This document shows positions 32,401 through 36,521 of a stretch of DNA of 36,521 nucleotides, piece by piece. The notes under the pieces were generated by a model, which was given only the letters and a program-made list of their open reading frames with translations, was not told where the DNA came from and made no database searches. A program made the translations under genes and the position numbers. The stretch spans positions 1 to 36,521 of the forward strand of contig DASXVL010000769.1 of the NCBI GenBank assembly GCA_036504255.1, in the 5' to 3' direction. The stretch's first letter is position 1. Every line of letters begins with the position of its first letter. This DNA comes from Armatimonadota bacterium. Lineage in GTDB: Bacteria > Armatimonadota > Hebobacteria > CAIYQO01.

Positions 32401-33396
32401 GAACAGCTTAAAGTCGGTGCCCAACTCTTCCGCCGCCCGGAACATCTCCGAAGTGCGCGTCTGGTAATACGTAGCGGTGGACCAGGCGCCGCAGTTGAGC
32501 GCAAAACCGTCGATGCCCATCGCCTGCGCATCTTGAATGTCCCGCTTAAAGGCGTTCACGTTGTAGCCATAGACGCCCATGGCCACCATGTAGTGGGCAA
32601 AGACCTTGCGGAATTGTTGCGCATACAACGCCTGCACGTCGGCGTCGGTGATCACCCCGGCATAGATTTGAAACCCGTCGCCTTGGGGCGACCAGGCGCC
32701 GTTGGCGTTGCTATTGCCGCCTAGGATATCGAAAACGCGGGCCGTGTCCCTCGGTATACGCGCGGCGGTCCATCCCAGGTTGCCGGTCTGCGTATTACAG
32801 ATAAACTGTCCATCGCGATAGAACTTGGTGGTCGTCACGAGCGATTGTATGCCATGCGGTATCACGATCGCATAGTGGTGCCATTCATTCGCGATGAGGT
32901 AGCCCGGAATGGGGTTGAGGTTTTGCGTGGTGCCGTCCGACGCTGTCGCATACACCGTGACGCGGCTCACATCATTGTACGTCGTCGCGATGTTCACCGC
33001 CGTGTTCGTCACAATCGCCCGTTGATAGGTGGGATTGCCGATGGCGCCCGGGTTCAGCCAGAACGAGACCGTCATGCCCCCGGCATCCTTGAGCGGCTGC
33101 CCGCGCAGGTTCGCGTCGTCAGGTACAGTCATCAGCACCGAATAGGCGCCCGTACCGGTGAGGATATAACCGGCACTGTACTTATCCGTTCCCGCCGCGA
33201 TGCGCCCGATATTGACGACGCTCGCCTGGGCGCCCAATGCACCGTTGTACGTCGCGCCATCGACGCCGGTGTTCTTGCTCGGCGTGCTGGTGTCCTCGAA
33301 GCCATACGATAATCGCATGACCGCGGCATCCACCCGTACCATCCCACAGAATGTACACAGCATTCCCACAACCATGATGACTCTCAACAGGTTCAT
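29473..33396 (-). CDS. Secreted multidomain alpha-1,3-glucanase: LamG-like, GH71, PA14, LamG-like, LamG-like (1307 aa)
   Basis: ORF track. ATG preceded by AAGGAG 7 nt upstream. Signal peptide MNLLRVIMVVGMLCTFCGMVRVDA.
- GH71 motif (about 31327-32610): VFAHYMV...GIDGFALNCG...FKLFFSADM.
- PA14 (about 30907-31323): LTADYYDG...VDFAWG...YAVHWNGQL...DGSFQLWVDG. Confidence 0.85.
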   Translation of the reverse strand: MNLLRVIMVVGMLCTFCGMVRVDAAVMRLSYGFEDTSTPSKNTGVDGATYNGALGAQASVVNIGRIAAGTDKYSAGYILTGTGAYSVLMTVPDDANLRGQPLKDAGGMTVSFWLNPGAIGNPTYQRAIVTNTAVNIATTYNDVSRVTVYATASDGTTQNLNPIPGYLIANEWHHYAIVIPHGIQSLVTTTKFYRDGQFICNTQTGNLGWTAARIPRDTARVFDILGGNSNANGAWSPQGDGFQIYAGVITDADVQALYAQQFRKVFAHYMVAMGVYGYNVNAFKRDIQDAQAMGIDGFALNCGAWSTATYYQTRTSEMFRAAEELGTDFKLFFSADMATGLDYPDIVNMMQTYASHPNYLSYQGRPVLSTFGGQAQGGGGTGARDWWRNNVLTALQSSGINVWFEPFFYDRYSDEAGSITYDRIKADNDLWWKDVANGLFFFGAAGTPATLSAAQEAYARLMKENYAVHMSSTSPQYWGCTQPGGRRYFEFTGGQGVSTQWDSIIQTQQPQWIEMTTWNDWTEASYYSPVADVGSYLSQYASGFFKSHRGLSELTRYYINWYKTGTQPPINEEMLVYAYRTHPKNATCSDPSGPVTSFIGTVTDTIYVTTMLKSAAELHVITGGVTNTYQVAAGIVHTQVSFNTGTQSFELWRNGQCILQKQGEPINATITKYNFTYATDYAYVGASIGTGAGLTADYYDGATPVTRRIDANVDFAWGNAVPSGTDISSPTNYAVHWNGQLQPKYDDTYTFTVRCDGSFQLWVDGQQIINKSQTSTPTESSSTAITLRAGYKYGLQAVYGNPTSNAQVRLSWSGTLQPKEVIPQRQLYALADNPRLEYTFEEQGTAGKNTGVDGTTYDGTLGAQASIQNIGRVTVGSNPYDLVHVVSGTSATSALLSVPDDTNLRGQPVKDAGGLTVSFWMNPGAIGNPTYQRYLLTSSSLSIITCYNDVSKLTVYAMASDSTTQNLNSTTGYLVPNEWHYYTIVVPQGTQAAVSTTKFYRDGVFVCNTQTGGLGWTADRLPKDVSQSINLFSGNTNSNGAWSPKADAFRLIAGVMNDQDVASLFGSYAPVTGTPMAYAFEDYDTLGRNTGVDGTTYNGTLGAQATVQNVGQVTVRGNSYTRNHVLTGSGATSVLMTAPDHPNLRGQAVKDAGGLTLSFWLNPGTINNPTYQRAILTNAVVNVMTTYNDPTCVTVYAASSDGTVQNLSPTTGYLIPNEWHFYTMVVPAGSQSLVTTTKFYRDGLYICDTQTGNQGWFADRTPATTARALDVLGGNSNPNGAWSPQGDLFSIHAGVMLDAEVLSLMNR
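29476..30171 (-). repeat. LamG-like module copy 3
   Basis: aa 1076-1307. By eye it is the closest to copy 1. Confidence 0.7.
30199..30894 (-). repeat. LamG-like module copy 2
   Basis: aa 835-1066; same conserved blocks as copy 1. Confidence 0.7.
32617..33318 (-). repeat. LamG-like module copy 1 (coding paralogous repeat)
   Basis: aa 27-260. Shares NTGVDG.TYNG.LGAQA...NLRGQ..KDAGG.T.SFW.NPG...NPTYQR...TTKFYRDG...NGAWSP with the other two modules. Confidence 0.7.
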
Positions 33397-33848
33397 AATC
33401 AGCTCCTTTCTTGCACCGATACACTTTGCTCGGCGCCGGCAAATTTGCGAGACCGGTCCATCGGGTGAATTGATAATGAATGGCCATCATGGCGCTTGCG
33501 CGCGTGCATGAAGTTGTCTGATAGACGCACAATGCTGCGGTAGAAATCCTGCACCTGATCAGTGCGATCCGGCCTCTGGATGCATATGCGTGAACGCTTG
33601 TCCCTCCGTTTCTTGTTGAGTTTGTGCTGGGAGTAGCTCTAGCACTGTGTGGAAGCCGATGAGGGCTTCAGCCCGAAATCGCGCCGGTATGATCATGGGC
33701 GCTCGCGACCAAGTGCAAGGCATCTCCTATGACCTTTCCTCGGAAGGCTGAGCGCGGCGGACGCCGGCTTCCAAACGGTGCTAGACCTACAGCTTGGTCT
33801 CTCTTCCAGACGGTGACTATCACTCCAGCCTGTTCTTCATAACGTTAT

Positions 33849-34853
33849 CTACAGGAAAAACCGTGTATACCCCGGTAACCCCGCCGCACGGTTTTCCTCC
33901 AGTACGGTCGTCAACAGAGTACGCATTTTCGCCAGGGTAAAAAACTGCGAGAGGCCGAAGGCCTGGATTTCGACGACCGCGGGCCGTTGGGCCAGCGTGC
34001 GGACCTGTGCGGCAATCGCCTCCTCCGCCATATCATCGAGCAGGATGGGGTCCAGCATGGGCTTGAGGAGGATGCCGGGCATCATGCGCTCGGTACGATC
34101 CCAGTCCGACGTCCAGTCCGCCTCGATCATCTCCAGGTCGGCGATCTTCGCGTAGGTCTCCAGGTACGGATCGACCTTGGTGCCGCAATGGTGGATGCCC
34201 ATGGCGCGCGGGCGACCTTTAAGGTAGCCGGACAAGGTCGAGATACGGCTTTCATGGGGCCGAATGAATTCGTCGTAGACGTCCGGCGAAATCATGCAGT
34301 TCGAGCAATTGCCGAGTACAAAGTAGGTGATGTCTCCGCAGAGGTCTTTCATGAAGACCAGGTGACGGATGATGGTTTCCGCCACGACCCCCGCCATGTG
34401 GTGCACCAGCTCCGGCTCTTCGGAAAAATCATAGAACAGCTCTTGCCCGCGCAGGAGGAGCAGGTAGCGCAGCACCCCGGCGCCGCTGGTTTCCGCCCGT
34501 CGCTCCCCCACCGGTGCCTGTAACAGTGTGCGCCGCAGGGCGTCTACGGCAGGGTCGGTGGTATAATCCGGCGGCATCAACGCTCGCAGCGCCTCCGTCG
34601 ACATCGGTGTGACATCCCAGCCCCCGGTGCTCGTCGGCGTCAGCGTCGCTCCCAACGCGCGCGCAATCGTGAGCCCGTGGTTCGGGTCCGGGGGCATCGC
34701 CGGGATCTCCTCCGCACGGAACGTAATCAACCCCGGCAATGCCTCGGCCAGCTTCGCACGTTTGCTGTCGGCCGGCGCGTCAGCGGCGACTCCCAACTGG
34801 TCTTCCCACCAGCGGGAGACGACGCTGATATTCAAATTGCAACGTTCAGGCAT
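33849..34853 (-). CDS. Uroporphyrinogen-decarboxylase-like (URO-D / MtaA-type) family protein
   Basis: ORF track. AGGAG lies 6 nt upstream of the ATG, and only 11 nt separate it from the upstream stop. The segment SPDVYDEFIRP...MGIHHCGTKVDPYLE...LLKPMLDP resembles the URO-D fold pattern. Function is uncertain. Confidence 0.55.
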   Translation of the reverse strand: MPERCNLNISVVSRWWEDQLGVAADAPADSKRAKLAEALPGLITFRAEEIPAMPPDPNHGLTIARALGATLTPTSTGGWDVTPMSTEALRALMPPDYTTDPAVDALRRTLLQAPVGERRAETSGAGVLRYLLLLRGQELFYDFSEEPELVHHMAGVVAETIIRHLVFMKDLCGDITYFVLGNCSNCMISPDVYDEFIRPHESRISTLSGYLKGRPRAMGIHHCGTKVDPYLETYAKIADLEMIEADWTSDWDRTERMMPGILLKPMLDPILLDDMAEEAIAAQVRTLAQRPAVVEIQAFGLSQFFTLAKMRTLLTTVLEENRAAGLPGYTRFFL

Positions 34854-34864
34854 GTACAGCTCCT

Positions 34865-36521
34865 CTATTGCGCCGGTGCGGCGGCATGCGGCAATACCAC
34901 CCGGAACCCGACATAGTAGAACCCCGGATAGACCTGGGTATTGAACTCACGGTCGGCTACCCGCTGGCTGCGGTTGTAGTATCCCCAGGAGCCGCCACGG
35001 ATGACGCGGTATGGGCCGGGTTGCAGATCGCAGGGATCGGTCACGGCAGCGGAGGTATAGGCATGGTACATATCGGTGCACCATTCTGCGACATTGCCGG
35101 CGAGGTCCATGATGCCGTCGCGACTCGCGCCCGCCGGATAACTCCCCACAGCCATGGCGCCCGGCCCCGTGGCGTTACAGCGCGAGGCATCGGGGGCGAC
35201 CTTGCCCCACGGATAGCGGCGTCCTTCGCCGCGACCGGAGGCCACGTACTCCCATTCAGCCTCAGTGGGCAGGCGGTAGCCCGCATGCAGGTTGACCGAC
35301 CAGTCTTTCGGGTTGTACGCGGGCGACAGCCCGGCCTGCGCGGAGAGCCAGTTGCAATAGAGCGCCGCCTGCTGCCAACTGATATAGGTGACCGGATCGC
35401 TATCACGCCATGAATACTCGTCGCGATACCGCTTATGTTCTGGCGCCAAGCGCTCGTACTCAGCATTGGTCACTTCGCATTTGCCCATACGGAACGGCGA
35501 CACTGTCACCGGGTGCAGCGGCACTTCATCGGGATCACCATGTTCCGCGCCCATGCGGAACGCGCCGCCGGGAATCTCCGTCAGCGCTGGCAGGGTGGAG
35601 GCCGGGGTTGGCGTTGCCACGATAGGTAACACGGGCGCCAGTTCAATGCTGTCAAGGAACGCCTCGCCAAGGTCCCCCTTCTTGCGCTCCAGCGTCAGGC
35701 TGGTGCAGGCGTCCGGCAGGGTCCAGAGGAAGGCCACGGTGTGCCAGGCGCCGGATGCGGTCGGCGGCAGGAAGACCGGGAACAGGTTTGACGTTGCCCC
35801 GGCAGCCGTGAGGCTCAAGCGGCATTCGTTGGGCTGCACATTGCGATAGCGCAGACGCACGTTATAGGCGCCGCCCGCCAGCGACGGCAACGCCAGGCGC
35901 AGGCCATTGCCATCACTGGCCGGCATGTGCACTACCCGGCGTCCCCCCTCCGTCACCACCGTCGCCCCTTGGTAGCAGGTGGCCATGGCACAGGAATACT
36001 CGCACGCCCCCTGGCCGAGACACCAGGCCCCGCTCCAGGTCTTGTTCGCATAGCGGTAGCCCAAGCGACTGTTTTCTTCCGTCGGGGTGTCGACTATCTG
36101 CTGATTACCGGAAACATCCGCCAGTACTTTGCCCTGCCGTCGCAGTTGGAAATGCGGGACCCCCGGCCCAAACGGCAACTCGACATGGGAAATGCCGGCA
36201 GCCAGCTTGAAGGTTTTCCGATTGGCCCCACTTTGGATGGTGAGTTCGGCGGGCGTACGCAAGAACGTGGTGGCGTAGACCTTATCCTCGACATCATCGT
36301 GGATCTGGTCGGGTAGTTGCGTCCACGCCTTCTTCTGCACGTCGTAGGCCGCCGTCTGCCACTTCGAGCGATTCCGGTAGACGTAGTAGAGCTTCTCCTG
36401 ACGAATCGCCGGGGGCGTGCCGGTTTTGAACCAGGCGGCATAGTAGGCGGTGACATCCAGGAACGATTCATCGTGGTCGGTGTACGCAAGATCGCCGAAC
36501 CCGTTGGCGGGCGCTAAATGT
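34865..36521 (-). CDS. Partial GH71 / CBM-like / FGE-sulfatase (SUMF1-type) fusion protein; N-terminus outside the window
   Basis: The ORF track lists 34865..36340 from a GTG, but the frame stays open to the window edge. The extra residues (YYAAWFKTGTPPAIRQEKLYYVYR) align with the C-terminal part of the GH71 domain of the 29473-33396 protein (YYINWYKTGTQPPINEEMLVYAYR). The C-terminus (34868-35584) has FGE motifs: IPGGAFRMG, YRLPTEAEWEYV, RGGSW. Confidence 0.75.
   Translation of the reverse strand, partial: HLAPANGFGDLAYTDHDESFLDVTAYYAAWFKTGTPPAIRQEKLYYVYRNRSKWQTAAYDVQKKAWTQLPDQIHDDVEDKVYATTFLRTPAELTIQSGANRKTFKLAAGISHVELPFGPGVPHFQLRRQGKVLADVSGNQQIVDTPTEENSRLGYRYANKTWSGAWCLGQGACEYSCAMATCYQGATVVTEGGRRVVHMPASDGNGLRLALPSLAGGAYNVRLRYRNVQPNECRLSLTAAGATSNLFPVFLPPTASGAWHTVAFLWTLPDACTSLTLERKKGDLGEAFLDSIELAPVLPIVATPTPASTLPALTEIPGGAFRMGAEHGDPDEVPLHPVTVSPFRMGKCEVTNAEYERLAPEHKRYRDEYSWRDSDPVTYISWQQAALYCNWLSAQAGLSPAYNPKDWSVNLHAGYRLPTEAEWEYVASGRGEGRRYPWGKVAPDASRCNATGPGAMAVGSYPAGASRDGIMDLAGNVAEWCTDMYHAYTSAAVTDPCDLQPGPYRVIRGGSWGYYNRSQRVADREFNTQVYPGFYYVGFRVVLPHAAAPAQ

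Noticed and set aside
33541-33580. ACCTGATC string reminiscent of the TPP riboswitch thi-box.
   Set aside because: The flanking CUGAGA and GGGG elements and the pairing partners of the TPP aptamer are absent. There is also no thiamine-related gene nearby.
33625-33773. Possible structured RNA in the 450-nt gap upstream of the GH71 gene. Evidence was a 9-bp long-range complement (33650-33658 with 33765-33773) enclosing small hairpins, and a GGGAGTAGC string resembling the yybP-ykoY manganese riboswitch core.
   Set aside because: A 9-bp complement within a 450-nt region is roughly expected by chance. The riboswitch-like 9-mer is on the plus strand, where no downstream gene exists. The rest of the manganese riboswitch consensus is not present.

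Overview
GC-rich bacterial chromosomal window. I saw no rRNA, tRNA, CRISPR array, transposase, integrase or phage gene. All family calls come from motifs read by eye; no database search was run.

Layout:
- 1-19088, minus strand: a run of genes whose products all carry N-terminal signal peptides.
  - Partial Ig-like surface protein.
  - Possible frameshifted small ORF.
  - 347-aa TPR protein.
  - About 2280-aa protein built from about 22 tandem 85-86-aa helical modules.
  - About 1185-aa multi-jelly-roll protein.
  - 757-aa HEAT-repeat protein.
  - 175-aa unknown protein.
  - M14-like metallopeptidase.
- 19373-22044, plus strand: polytopic GAF histidine kinase and a stand-alone receiver.
- 22177-28925: cytoplasmic sugar locus with a GH127-like gene, a divergent AraC regulator and a 1046-aa glycoside-hydrolase-like gene.
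- 29473-36521, minus strand: alpha-1,3-glucanase locus.
  - LamG-GH71-PA14-LamG-LamG secreted protein.
  - URO-D-like gene.
  - Partial GH71/CBM/FGE-sulfatase fusion.

Most interesting observation: a roughly 290-nt non-coding element occurs twice, at 9893-10263 and 29016-29302, in unrelated gene contexts.
- The two copies are about 87 percent identical by hand alignment.
- Stem-loops are conserved, and the G-U pairs are compatible only with the plus strand.
- One helix is 20 nt in one copy and 104 nt in the other.
- Both ends carry near-identical CCGG-CAGAG-CCGG hairpins.

I cannot assign it to any RNA family I know. It is either a new structured RNA or a non-autonomous mobile element carrying one.
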